Under the pieces are notes generated by a model. That model made no database searches. It had not been told where the DNA came from and was given only the letters and a program-made list of their open reading frames with translations. 64,000 bases of DNA from assembly GCF_036568125.1 (NCBI RefSeq), contig NZ_DATCTF010000006.1, forward strand, positions 44,082 to 108,081, in the 5' to 3' direction. The DNA is from Magnetovibrio sp. (GTDB taxonomy: Bacteria; Pseudomonadota; Alphaproteobacteria; Rhodospirillales; Magnetovibrionaceae). How positions within the stretch are numbered: position 1 is the first letter of the stretch; each line of letters starts with the position of its first letter. This document shows, in pieces, positions 7,080 to 15,813 of this stretch. Made by a program: the position numbers and the translations under genes.

Positions 7080-9233
7080 TTACATGAACTTGATCAGGCT
7101 CAAATCGCGAATGCGCGCGAGGGTCTGATACGATGCTTCCAAGGCCCGCTGGTCGTCCAAAAGTTGGGTGATCGTTTCCAACGGGTCGGCATTTTCGATG
7201 TTGGCGATCTGGGTTTCGAGAAACCCCGTGTAGGTTTTGTGACTTTCCGTGGTCTGGCTGATCAGAACCTGCTGATAGCCGGACGTGATCAACAAGTCCT
7301 TGATGCTGCCGCTCAACTCGGTGCCGTAGGGGGGAGTGCCCCCGGCGGTTCCGTCGTACGCGCTTTCCAAAAGATAGATCGCTTCCGTCGCGCGCGAGGC
7401 GTTTTGATCCAGACCTCCTTCGGTTCCAAATTTGCCTTGGGCGATGATGGCCATGGCGCGAATGGCTTTTTCGAACGCGGGATCCAAACCGTTGAGGTCG
7501 AAGTTCAGGCTCCGGCTTTCGTCGACGCGGTGGGTGATCGTCAGGTCATCGCCAGCGTAATAGGTTTGCGATGAGATCGTGCCGTCGGCGTTGCTGATGA
7601 CGGCGGTGCTGGCTACTGCCGGTTCCGCCGTCAGCGTTTCGCGTACGTTGATCGACGATCCGTCGGAAGCGACGGAGGTCACGGTGAAGGTTGCGTTGTT
7701 GCTGGCGGTGCCGGCAATTGTGATGCTCATCCCCGCCTTGACGTTGGAATACGTTCCGGCCGCTGCCGTGATGGTGTCGTCGCCGGTATTGACGGTAAAG
7801 GTCTGGTTGCCGGCGAAGTTCAGTGTCGGCGTGGCGGCTGTGCCTTCGTCCGTCAATTTTTTCGGTACGATGTCGACCGTGTCGCCGTTGGCGCCAACGG
7901 CGGCGACGGTATAGGTGCCATTGTTTTGTGCGGTACCGGAAATGGTGAAGGTCGACCCAACGGTGAGAGCGCTCAAGGCGTTGGTGCCAATGCTGGCGGC
8001 GCCGACCGTGATGCGGTTGGTGGCGCGATCGAACGAAAGGTCCGTAAAGTTTGCCGAAGTCAGAATCGTGTTGGCTGCCGTGACGTTGGCGGTGACTGGC
8101 GTGATGTCAATTGTGTTGGCCACGGCGCCGCCGGCTTCGGTGGTGCCCACCGCAAGGGTGTAAGGCACACCCGGTGCTTTGGATACCAAACTGATTCCAT
8201 CGGCGCCGCTTGCGGTCGCCGTAACGAGAGAATTGATCGTGGCATTCGCGTTGATTTGGCTGATCAAGCTATCGCGCAAAGCCACGACGGTGCCGACGCC
8301 GGCGTCTGTTGCGGTGATCGCCGTGCCATTGATCGTCACGGTGTAGGCATCGCCGGCGACGATCGATCCGCCCAATGTCACTTTGTCGGCTTGGGCGACA
8401 TTGGTTGCCGTGTTGGGGCTTATGGTGAGGACGGAGCTGGCGTTGTTGCTTTCGTTGGTCAACATACGCGTCTTGACCGTGATCCCGGTTCCGCCCCCGA
8501 GCACGCTCTCAACCGTGTATGTACCGTTGTTGCTTGTCGTGCCGGTGATTTCGATGGTCGAACCGACGGTGACGTTGGCGAATTGAGCCGTGGTGGCGGT
8601 GATGGTGCCGACACCCGTGGTCGCGGTGTTGCCGTCACCGTCTTGCTGAAATGTCAGCCAGTTGGTTTTACCGGTGGAATCACTGTTGATGGAAAAGTTT
8701 TCGATATGCGCATCGCGCGTCGTGGGGTAGCTGACAGCGGCGCCATCGAAGGTCGCTTGGAAATCGTCCAACGTGGTCAGGTTCATGTCCATCGGAATGG
8801 TGTCGGTGCGTCCACCGGCAAATACATAACGGCCCCCGACGGAGGTGTTGAGGTATGCCTGCAACGACAACAACGAGTTAAAGGCCTGCTGTTGAATATC
8901 GCGAATGTTGATCTGGGTTTTGCCCGCCTGGCTGTTGAAGGTTTTGAGCGATTTTTTAAAATCGTTGATGTTGGTCTGGATGCCGTCCATAGCGGTGGTG
9001 CTGATGTCCAGGCGAACATTCATGATTTCGTTGTTCTTCATGTAACCAGCGATGCTGTCGCGGGTGGCTTCCAGGCCTAAAAGATACTGGGCGCTCTTGG
9101 AAATGCCTTTGTAGTTCGGCGAGACTTTTTCCGACGTCACCTGGTACTGCAGATCGATGAGACGGTTCTGCGTCTTGCCCAGGTAACTCATCAATTGGTT
9201 GCTAGTCGCTAAGTTTGCAATCCGGTCAGCCAT
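7080..9233 (-). CDS. flgL: flagellar hook-associated protein 3 (FlgL), expanded 717-aa form with internal repeats
   Basis: Flagellin-like N-terminus (LMSYLGKTQNRLIDLQYQVTSEKV) and C-terminus (QRALEASYQTLARIRDLSLIKFM). Lies directly downstream of flgK. Confidence 0.8.
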   Translation of the reverse strand: MADRIANLATSNQLMSYLGKTQNRLIDLQYQVTSEKVSPNYKGISKSAQYLLGLEATRDSIAGYMKNNEIMNVRLDISTTAMDGIQTNINDFKKSLKTFNSQAGKTQINIRDIQQQAFNSLLSLQAYLNTSVGGRYVFAGGRTDTIPMDMNLTTLDDFQATFDGAAVSYPTTRDAHIENFSINSDSTGKTNWLTFQQDGDGNTATTGVGTITATTAQFANVTVGSTIEITGTTSNNGTYTVESVLGGGTGITVKTRMLTNESNNASSVLTISPNTATNVAQADKVTLGGSIVAGDAYTVTINGTAITATDAGVGTVVALRDSLISQINANATINSLVTATASGADGISLVSKAPGVPYTLAVGTTEAGGAVANTIDITPVTANVTAANTILTSANFTDLSFDRATNRITVGAASIGTNALSALTVGSTFTISGTAQNNGTYTVAAVGANGDTVDIVPKKLTDEGTAATPTLNFAGNQTFTVNTGDDTITAAAGTYSNVKAGMSITIAGTASNNATFTVTSVASDGSSINVRETLTAEPAVASTAVISNADGTISSQTYYAGDDLTITHRVDESRSLNFDLNGLDPAFEKAIRAMAIIAQGKFGTEGGLDQNASRATEAIYLLESAYDGTAGGTPPYGTELSGSIKDLLITSGYQQVLISQTTESHKTYTGFLETQIANIENADPLETITQLLDDQRALEASYQTLARIRDLSLIKFM
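7641..8615 (-). repeat. three copies of a module of about 45 aa with an NNGTYTV core inside FlgL
   Basis: VTVGSTIEITGTTSNNGTYTVESV, LTVGSTFTISGTAQNNGTYTVAAV and VKAGMSITIAGTASNNATFTVTSV, at residues about 207-255, 414-458 and 487-531. Confidence 0.7.
8079..8399 (-). repeat. FlgL copy of the VAQxD...GDxYxVTINGT...INA...VTA module of about 100 aa (contains a flagellin-hook IN-type motif)
   Basis: VAQADKVTLGGSIVAGDAYTVTINGTAITAT...LRDSLISQINANATINSLVTATASGADGISL aligns by eye with the FlgE modules. Confidence 0.7.
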
Positions 9234-9258
9234 GATCAGGGTCTCCTTTCTTTACCAG

Positions 9259-11502
9259 TTACCGGATCACACGTTCGAGTGAATCGAACATGGCCTGGAT
9301 GACGGATATGACGCGGGCAGCGGCGTTGTAGCCTTGCTCAAACAAGATCAGATTGGACATTTCCTCGTCCAGGTTGACGCCCCTGAAGGTATCGGATTTG
9401 GTTTTAAGGCTGTTGCTCAAATCCTCTTGATAGGTGCGCTGGCTGTCGTTCAATTCCGCCAACGTGGCGTTGTTGGTGAGGATGCTCGTGGACCGCGATA
9501 CGAAGGTCATGCTGGTAGAAGACAGTCCGCCGGCGGCATCGAAGGTATTGGTCGTGGCGAACATTTGCGACATGCTTTTGATCAGCGTATTGTCGCCTTT
9601 GCTGAGGAAATATTCACCGGACGCCCCCTTGTTCGCATCCCATTGAATGGCGCCGCGGGTGACCAGACTGGGTGAAGAAATAATGTCTTCGCGAACGCGG
9701 ATTTGCTCGCTGACGCGCACATCGGCGCTGTGCAGGGAGGTGTCGGAAATAAACGTATTGGCGGCGGCCTGGGTCACCGTAAAGGCGTTGCCGTTTTGAC
9801 TGGAAATGCGCAGGCGTTGGCCTGAGCCGTCCGGGATGATGGTGGCGGTGACGCCCGCGGCGGTGGCTGCATTGATGCTGGCGGCGATGGTGGTCAGGCT
9901 GTCGCCGTTGTTGACGGTGACGTTGGTAGACGTGGTGCCGTTATAGATGGTCAAGGTCGCGGCGGTCGATGCGTAGCTGGTTGACATCACCCCGGTTTCC
10001 CAGATGTTGTCGACCACATCATCGACGAACAAATCGTTGAGGCCGAAGAAATTTGAAAAGCCGCTGACCGTTTCGTCGGCCGTGCCGTCACCGTTGGCGT
10101 CGAACTGGATGGTAGCGTTGGCCGCCGTGCTACCGACCGGAGCAGGCACGGTGCCGGCGGTGTTGACCTCATCGCGCAAGGCGATGTTGTAGGTCGTCGA
10201 ATTGAGGTTAATGTTGAGTTTTCCGGTGGTGCTGCTGACCGCAACGGTGGCGTTGGCGGTGCCATTTTGACGCAGCCAATCTTGCATGGTCGCAGCGACC
10301 TCGGCGATATTCCACGGACCGTTCGCGGCCGATGCGCCGGAACCGTAAGACGCAGAAGCCATGATTGCTTGAACCGTGGTGGTGGTGTGCTGATTTCCGG
10401 TGGAATCGAACAGCGTGATGCGCGTGTCGGAATTGTTGCCCATGGTGATGGTTTGCTCACCGGCGATGGGCACGGTTTTGGCCGTACCGGTGTTGATGAA
10501 TGCGCGCGTGCCGCTCATCGTCGCGGAGCCGGGAAAGCCGGAACCTTGGTTGTGGATCAGGTTTACGGCGTCGCGCAGTTCCGCGGCGAATTCGTCGAGT
10601 TGACTTTGCAGATCGGCCAAAGTGCCGTCGCGCAGATCGATCAAGCCTTTGAGTTTGCCGTCGCGCACTTCGTCGGTGATGTCGTTCGCAGCGGTTTCGA
10701 TACCGATGTAGATACCGTTGAAATCACCTTCGGCATGGGTGGTGGTCGATGCTGCGGTGCTTGCCGGTAAGTGCGAGATGGTCGGCGAGGAGTTGTCGAC
10801 CAAGGTGCGTCCGGCGCGGGTGAACACCACCACGTCGCCGTCGCCGCGATAGAAATAAGAAATGTCGATATAGCCGGCCAGCTCATCCAGCTTGGCATCA
10901 CGCTTGTCGCGCAGGTCTGTGACATCCGCGCTTGTGGATGAGTTCTGGATAATCTTGTTGTTGATGTCGGAAAGTTCGCTGGCCAGGGTATTGATGGTAC
11001 TGGTCACAGCCGCAATTTCGGTATCGGCCTGAACGCGCAGTTCCTGCACGGTGGAGCTCATCTGGGTCAGCTTGTTTGCGACCTCTTTGGCTTGGCGGAC
11101 GAATTCGCCTTGTTCCAAAGACTGATCCGGAGCCAGGGTCAGGGCTTCCATGGATTTGCCGAATTCGGTCATGATGTGCGCGATGGAGGTGTTGTCCCCC
11201 GGTGCGCCGAACAAATCCTGCAAGCGGCTGAAATAACTGGATTGAGCGTCGTGTTGGTTGAAAGCGCTCAGCTCAAGACGCAGGCTTTTGAGCAAGCCTT
11301 CGTCGACAGCGCGTGTCACTTGGGAAAGCTGCACGCCCGCGCCGGTTCCGGCGACGACGCGCTGTTCCATATTCACGATCTTGCGCGAATAATCGGGCGA
11401 GTTCACGTTGGCAACGTTCTGTGCCACCGCGTCCAAAGCGCTTTGGTTGACGAGCAAGCCGCTCTGCGCGGTTCTCAAGGCTAGGGTCAAACTACCGGAC
11501 AT
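9259..11502 (-). CDS. flgK: flagellar hook-associated protein 1 (FlgK)
   Basis: N-terminus LALRTAQSGLLVNQSALDAVAQNVANVNSPDYSRK and C-terminus GVNLDEEMSNLILFEQGYNAAARVISVIQAMFDSL. Confidence 0.9.
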   Translation of the reverse strand: MSGSLTLALRTAQSGLLVNQSALDAVAQNVANVNSPDYSRKIVNMEQRVVAGTGAGVQLSQVTRAVDEGLLKSLRLELSAFNQHDAQSSYFSRLQDLFGAPGDNTSIAHIMTEFGKSMEALTLAPDQSLEQGEFVRQAKEVANKLTQMSSTVQELRVQADTEIAAVTSTINTLASELSDINNKIIQNSSTSADVTDLRDKRDAKLDELAGYIDISYFYRGDGDVVVFTRAGRTLVDNSSPTISHLPASTAASTTTHAEGDFNGIYIGIETAANDITDEVRDGKLKGLIDLRDGTLADLQSQLDEFAAELRDAVNLIHNQGSGFPGSATMSGTRAFINTGTAKTVPIAGEQTITMGNNSDTRITLFDSTGNQHTTTTVQAIMASASYGSGASAANGPWNIAEVAATMQDWLRQNGTANATVAVSSTTGKLNINLNSTTYNIALRDEVNTAGTVPAPVGSTAANATIQFDANGDGTADETVSGFSNFFGLNDLFVDDVVDNIWETGVMSTSYASTAATLTIYNGTTSTNVTVNNGDSLTTIAASINAATAAGVTATIIPDGSGQRLRISSQNGNAFTVTQAAANTFISDTSLHSADVRVSEQIRVREDIISSPSLVTRGAIQWDANKGASGEYFLSKGDNTLIKSMSQMFATTNTFDAAGGLSSTSMTFVSRSTSILTNNATLAELNDSQRTYQEDLSNSLKTKSDTFRGVNLDEEMSNLILFEQGYNAAARVISVIQAMFDSLERVIR

Positions 11503-11548
11503 GAGTGCTTCCTTTCTGGGTGCGTGTCCTTGAAGGCTTCTTTAAGCC

Positions 11549-12004
11549 TTAGAGTGTTTCGTCCAAGGCCAGGGATGTGGCCTGTTTGTGCGCAATCGAT
11601 GCTTGCGTGCCGACATCACCTTTAGCGGAATATGCGCCGGTTCCGGGCGTGGCGTGTTTCGCGGAATCCGCCACGCAAGCCATGAAACGGCGGCTGACTT
11701 CCAGCGCCACTTTCAGCATTTTTTCATTTTCTTCGATTAACACCGCGACCCGTGCGCCGACGTCTTTCAGACGTTCCAGATTGGCGTGATCGACCTCATC
11801 GTACTGGGCCTGCTCGTGTTCGAGTTCCTGCTTCATGCCGAACACACGAATTTCATAGGCCCGGCTGAGGGTCGTTTTGCGTTCCAGCAAATTCTGCACG
11901 ACATCCAACCGGTTGCTGCGCAAGGCGGCGTTTTCCTGTTCCAACAAATCCGCAAGGCCGTTGGTGATGAACAACAGATCATCAATGCGTTTTCCTGCGT
12001 CCAT
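11549..12004 (-). CDS. FlgN-like flagellar export chaperone (putative)
   Basis: Small helical protein (LADLLEQENAALRSNRLDVVQNLLERKTTL) immediately upstream of flgK-flgL, the usual FlgN position. Confidence 0.5.
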   Translation of the reverse strand: MDAGKRIDDLLFITNGLADLLEQENAALRSNRLDVVQNLLERKTTLSRAYEIRVFGMKQELEHEQAQYDEVDHANLERLKDVGARVAVLIEENEKMLKVALEVSRRFMACVADSAKHATPGTGAYSAKGDVGTQASIAHKQATSLALDETL

Positions 12005-12005
12005 G

Positions 12006-12323
12006 TCACTGTACCTCCTGCAATTTGAGCATTTCCGACATCACCGCGTCGGCGATGCCGATGCCGCCGTTTTTGGCGATGGATTTGCCGTATTCATCGA
12101 CCATCAAGGACCGCCACATGCCTTCCGCCTGGCCGCCGCCGAAAGGACCGTCGGTTTCGATGCCTTCGAACATTGGCTTGAGCATCTGCGACAGGAACAC
12201 GGCTTCGAAGTCTTGCGCGGTTTCGCGGATCTTGTTGAGGTCCGCCGTCTTGGAAAATTTGGGCAGGGCCGGGCCCTGGGCCATGGCGGTCTCGATGTCC
12301 ATTTGCATGACGTTGGTCATCAC
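12006..12323 (-). CDS. flgJ: rod-binding protein (FlgJ N-terminal-domain type, no muramidase domain)
   Basis: ETAQDFEAVFLSQMLKPMFEGI...GMWRSLMVDEYGKSIAKNGGIGIAD matches the Rod-binding family. The start overlaps the flgI stop (ATGA). Confidence 0.75.
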   Translation of the reverse strand: MMTNVMQMDIETAMAQGPALPKFSKTADLNKIRETAQDFEAVFLSQMLKPMFEGIETDGPFGGGQAEGMWRSLMVDEYGKSIAKNGGIGIADAVMSEMLKLQEVQ

Positions 12324-13528
12324 ATCACCTCGATTTCAGCTTGCAGTGCGCCGGCGGCTTTGACGGCTTGCAAGATGGTGATCATGTCCCGCGGGCCGAT
12401 GCCCAATGCGTTGAGACTGTTGACGAACTCTTGCAACGACACGCCGTCTTGGACCACCGCCAAACGGCTGTTGCCGCCTTGGTCGACCTGCACGTCGGTG
12501 CGCGCAACCGTGGTGGTGGTGCCGGTCTGCGAAAACGGTCCGGGTTGCGAGACCTGCGGCGTTTCGGTGATGCGGATGGTCAAGTTGCCCTGGGCAATCG
12601 CCACCGTCGACAGACGCACGTTTTCGCCCATGACGATGACGCCCGATTGCTCGTCGATGATGATGCGGGCGATTTGATCGGGTTCGATGCGCAGTTGCTC
12701 GACGTCGGTGATGAGGTTGACGACGTTGTTTTGGTAAGCGTCGGGCACGTTCATTTGCACCGTGCTGGGGTCGGTGGCGCTGGCTGCGGTGGTGCCGAGA
12801 AATGCGTTGACCGCTTGGGCGATGCGCCGCGCGGTGGTGAAGTCGGGGTTGCGCAGGCTCAGCTTGACGCTGTTCATACGATCCATGTCGAAACCGATTT
12901 CGCGTTCGACGATGGCGCCGTTGGCGATGCGCGCCGATGTCGGCACGCCCTTGGTGACGGTTTCGCCCGCACCACCGGCGGAGAAGCCGCCGACCGCGAC
13001 TTGGCCTTGCGACACGGCGTAAACTTCACCGTCTGCGCCCAGCAGCGGGGTTACCAGAAGCGTGCCGCCGAGCAGGTTCTTCGCGTCGCCCAGTGCGCTG
13101 ACTGTGACGTCGACGCGTGAGCCCTTGGATGAAAAGGCCGGCAGCGACGCGGTGACCATGACCGCGGCGACGTTTTTGGAATCCAGACCCGCTTCGGTCG
13201 GCTTGACGCCCAGGCGATTGAGCATGGCGAGCAGGCTTTGTTTGGTGAAGTGGCCGTTTTTCAGCGTGTCACCGGTGCCGTTGAGACCGACCACCAACCC
13301 GTAACCGACCAGCATGTTGTCGCGCACGCCTTCGAAATCGACCACGTCCTTGATCCGCGATGCGGCGTTGGCGGGGCTGGCCCAGGCCACCAGCATCAGC
13401 AAAACCAGACTGAACAGACCCGCGCCGAAGGCTTGCGCAAACATCAAGCGCGTTTTCACGGCGGCTGGCGTCTGGTCGTCATTCAGCGCCGATACGGGCA
13501 GCGTTCTGAAATCAAGTGCGCGGTTCAT
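12320..13528 (-). CDS. flgI: flagellar P-ring protein FlgI
   Basis: Signal peptide, then RIKDVVDFEGVRDNMLVGYGLVVGLNGTGD and C-terminal MITILQAVKAAGALQAEIEVM. Confidence 0.95.
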   Translation of the reverse strand: MNRALDFRTLPVSALNDDQTPAAVKTRLMFAQAFGAGLFSLVLLMLVAWASPANAASRIKDVVDFEGVRDNMLVGYGLVVGLNGTGDTLKNGHFTKQSLLAMLNRLGVKPTEAGLDSKNVAAVMVTASLPAFSSKGSRVDVTVSALGDAKNLLGGTLLVTPLLGADGEVYAVSQGQVAVGGFSAGGAGETVTKGVPTSARIANGAIVEREIGFDMDRMNSVKLSLRNPDFTTARRIAQAVNAFLGTTAASATDPSTVQMNVPDAYQNNVVNLITDVEQLRIEPDQIARIIIDEQSGVIVMGENVRLSTVAIAQGNLTIRITETPQVSQPGPFSQTGTTTTVARTDVQVDQGGNSRLAVVQDGVSLQEFVNSLNALGIGPRDMITILQAVKAAGALQAEIEVM

Positions 13529-13605
13529 CGTTTCGTTTCCCGTTCAATGGCCCATTTGCGGGCTTTATGTCGTGTGCGGCGTTGGCGCCGCTTCGGGAAT
13601 AGTGA

Positions 13606-13621
13606 TGCGAATATCGTGCCA
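13606..13621 (-). promoter_or_regulatory. sigma54-type (-24/-12) promoter candidate for the flgI operon
   Basis: The minus strand reads TGGCACGATATTCGCA (GG-N10-GC spacing, TGGCAC exact), about 78 nt upstream of the flgI ATG. Confidence 0.55.
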
Positions 13622-13697
13622 CTTCTTGTGTGTTTGTAAGTGGCTGAAAATAATGATGAATGATGATTTTTGCAGGGGTAAAACAATACCCCCGCAG

Positions 13698-13730
13698 GGC
13701 AGAGGCTGCCGTGCAGGGGCAAAAAGTGCC
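13698..13730. promoter_or_regulatory. two GGCAR-N3-YTGCC-type dyads (candidate enhancer-binding-protein sites) upstream of the flgI promoter
   Basis: GGCAGAGGCTGCC (13698-13710, perfect) and GGCAAAAAGTGCC (13718-13730, one mismatch). An AT-rich tract lies between them and the promoter. Confidence 0.4.
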
Positions 13731-13763
13731 GAGCGATTGAGGCGGACCAGGAAACCGGCTGCG

Positions 13764-15674
13764 TTAACGTTTCAGATCACGCGCCACGGTGGTCATTTCA
13801 TCGGTAGTTTTAAACACCGTCGATGAAGCGTTGTAGGCAGTTTGAGTGGTCATCATTCTGGTGAACTCTTCGGCGATGTCGACGTTCGACAGTTCCCGCG
13901 CATTGGGGGTGAATACTGCATAACCATTTGAATCAGCTGACGTAATCGTTACATTTCCGGATTCCGGGCTGACCGCATAGACATTGCCATTTCTAGGGTC
14001 GAGGCCGTCAGGATTGGCAAACACGCCCAGCGACAATTTGTAAATGCTGCGATAGGTGTCGTCTTCGAACACGCCAATGACGTTGCCGTTGGTGTCAAAG
14101 CTGAACGAGCGCATATTCGCCGAAGCATAACCGTTTTTGGAATACGACGCATTGAGGTCGTCGCCCGCGCTGGAGTATTGCGTCATCGGCGAGATGTCGA
14201 TCGCGATGCTTGCCGTCGAACCGCTCGAAAACGACAGCGCCAAATTCAGCGTGGTCGGCGTGGACAGTTGGCCGTTTGCGTTGAACGTCATTGCCGTTGC
14301 CGCGCTGGTTTGGGTGCTGCCCGCGTTGGCTGTGGTGGTAACCGCGCTGGCGGTGTTGTCGGCCACGGCGGTGAAATTCGGCGTGACGTTTGTCGCGGAT
14401 ATGGTGTTGGCGGGCGCTCCGCCGGCATCGGTTGTCGCGGTGCTCAGGGTGATGGGCGTGCCCGCCGTATCCGCCGTGATCACCAATTGATCGGCGCCGC
14501 TGGGGGTGGCGGTGACCAATGCGCTGGCTGTGGGGTCGGCGTTGATCTGCGCGATCAAGTCGTTGCGCAACGTGGTCAGGGTCGAGGCAGCCCCGGCGGT
14601 CGCGGTGAACGCGGTGCCGTTGATCGTGACGCTATAGGTGTCGCCCGCAACCACCCCGCCTGCCAGGGTTATGTTATCCACTTGGGCAACGCTGGCCGGA
14701 CCTTGGGTGGCAGTGGCCGAGGTGGTGATCGTGGTTCCTGCGGTGTCGGAGGTAATCAGCAACGCGCCGGTGGCCCCCGCGCTGGCGGTTACGGCGCCGT
14801 TGATGGAGGTGTCGGCGTTGATGCTGGTGACCAGCGCGTCGCGGATGACATCGATGTTCGCCTCTGTGCCAAGCGTGGTGTAGGTCTTGGTCACGCCGTT
14901 GACGGTGACGCTGTAAACGTCGCCAACTTCGCCGACCGATCCCCCAAGGGTTACCGTATCCACCTGTGCGACGGGCGCTTGCGAGGTGGTGCTGGTGACA
15001 CTCCACGTATTGATGCCGGTTTTGGTGAAGTTGAGCTGTGCCGTTTGCCTCGCGCCCAGGCTGTCGGTGAGACTGACGTCGAATTGGCGAACCTTGCCGA
15101 TGGCATCGTTGGCGGGAAGGTTCAGGCCAAGCGTTGCCGTGGTGGTCGGCTCGAACTGGCCGATGAAAGCATACTGATCGACGCGCAGACTTTGGGGCGT
15201 GGCGGAGGTTGACACGGTTCCGTTTGTGTAGGGCCAGCCCTGAACGAAATAACCATTCTTATCAACAAGATAGCCGTCTTTTGTGGTGACTGAGGTGCCG
15301 CCGATTCCAGTCACGGAAACGTCGTTCACGGTAGCGATTTCGAGACTGCCGTCGCGGGTAAACAATTGCTGACCGCTGCCATCCTGTTTGGTGTTGAGGA
15401 CGAAGAAGCCTTTACCCGCGATGGCGACATCGGTGGCGGACTCGCTGGACACGATGTTGCCTTGCTGAGTGATGGTCGATTTGTCGCTGGGGCGCACGCC
15501 GCCAATGTCGGACAAGGTTTGCACAGTGTGGCTGAGCACGGTCGAAAACGATGTGTCGATCCGTTTATAGCCGCCGGTGTTCACATTGGCGACATTGGTG
15601 CCAATGTTATGCAGGGCGGCGGTTTGGCTCATCATGCCGAGCACGGATGTGGAAAAGGCGCCATAAATCGCCAT
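13764..15674 (-). CDS. flgE: flagellar hook protein FlgE, expanded form with two tandem inserted modules
   Basis: AIYGAFSTSVLGMMSQTAALHNIGTNVANVNTGGYK N-terminus and SNVDIAEEFTRMMTTQTAYNASSTVFKTTDEM C-terminus. ATG at 15674 has a GGAGAA Shine-Dalgarno; the track start at 15704 is GTG. Confidence 0.9.
   Translation of the reverse strand: MAIYGAFSTSVLGMMSQTAALHNIGTNVANVNTGGYKRIDTSFSTVLSHTVQTLSDIGGVRPSDKSTITQQGNIVSSESATDVAIAGKGFFVLNTKQDGSGQQLFTRDGSLEIATVNDVSVTGIGGTSVTTKDGYLVDKNGYFVQGWPYTNGTVSTSATPQSLRVDQYAFIGQFEPTTTATLGLNLPANDAIGKVRQFDVSLTDSLGARQTAQLNFTKTGINTWSVTSTTSQAPVAQVDTVTLGGSVGEVGDVYSVTVNGVTKTYTTLGTEANIDVIRDALVTSINADTSINGAVTASAGATGALLITSDTAGTTITTSATATQGPASVAQVDNITLAGGVVAGDTYSVTINGTAFTATAGAASTLTTLRNDLIAQINADPTASALVTATPSGADQLVITADTAGTPITLSTATTDAGGAPANTISATNVTPNFTAVADNTASAVTTTANAGSTQTSAATAMTFNANGQLSTPTTLNLALSFSSGSTASIAIDISPMTQYSSAGDDLNASYSKNGYASANMRSFSFDTNGNVIGVFEDDTYRSIYKLSLGVFANPDGLDPRNGNVYAVSPESGNVTITSADSNGYAVFTPNARELSNVDIAEEFTRMMTTQTAYNASSTVFKTTDEMTTVARDLKR
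14370..14972 (-). repeat. two tandem copies of the same module of about 100 aa inside FlgE
   Basis: VAQVDTVTLGGSVGEVGDVYSVTVNGVTKTYTT...IRDALVTSINADTSINGAVTASAGATGALLI, followed by VAQVDNITLAGGVVAGDTYSVTINGTAFTAT...LRNDLIAQINADPTASALVTATPSGADQLVI. Confidence 0.75.
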
Positions 15675-15743
15675 CGGGCTTCTCCGTCTTGACGGTGTAC
15701 TCACGTGACAGTGGTGTCGCGCACAAAAATCTACAGATCACGT

Positions 15744-15760
15744 AGCAAGAAGGATGCCAG
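15744..15760 (-). promoter_or_regulatory. sigma54-type promoter candidate for flgE
   Basis: The minus strand reads CTGGCATCCTTCTTGCT (TGGCAT-N5-TTGCT), about 70 nt upstream of the ATG at 15674. Confidence 0.65.
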
Positions 15761-15813
15761 CGGAACCTTGAGTCTAATCACTTGTTTTTAAATAAAAAGT
15801 AACTGGCGCGATG

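Noticed and set aside
13660-13700. Hairpin-like GCAGGGG...CCCCCGC downstream of flgE, considered as the flgE terminator.
   Set aside because: The stem is imperfect. In the flgE (minus) orientation it is followed by an A-run rather than a U-run. The sequence overlaps the dyad region that is better explained as flgI promoter enhancers.
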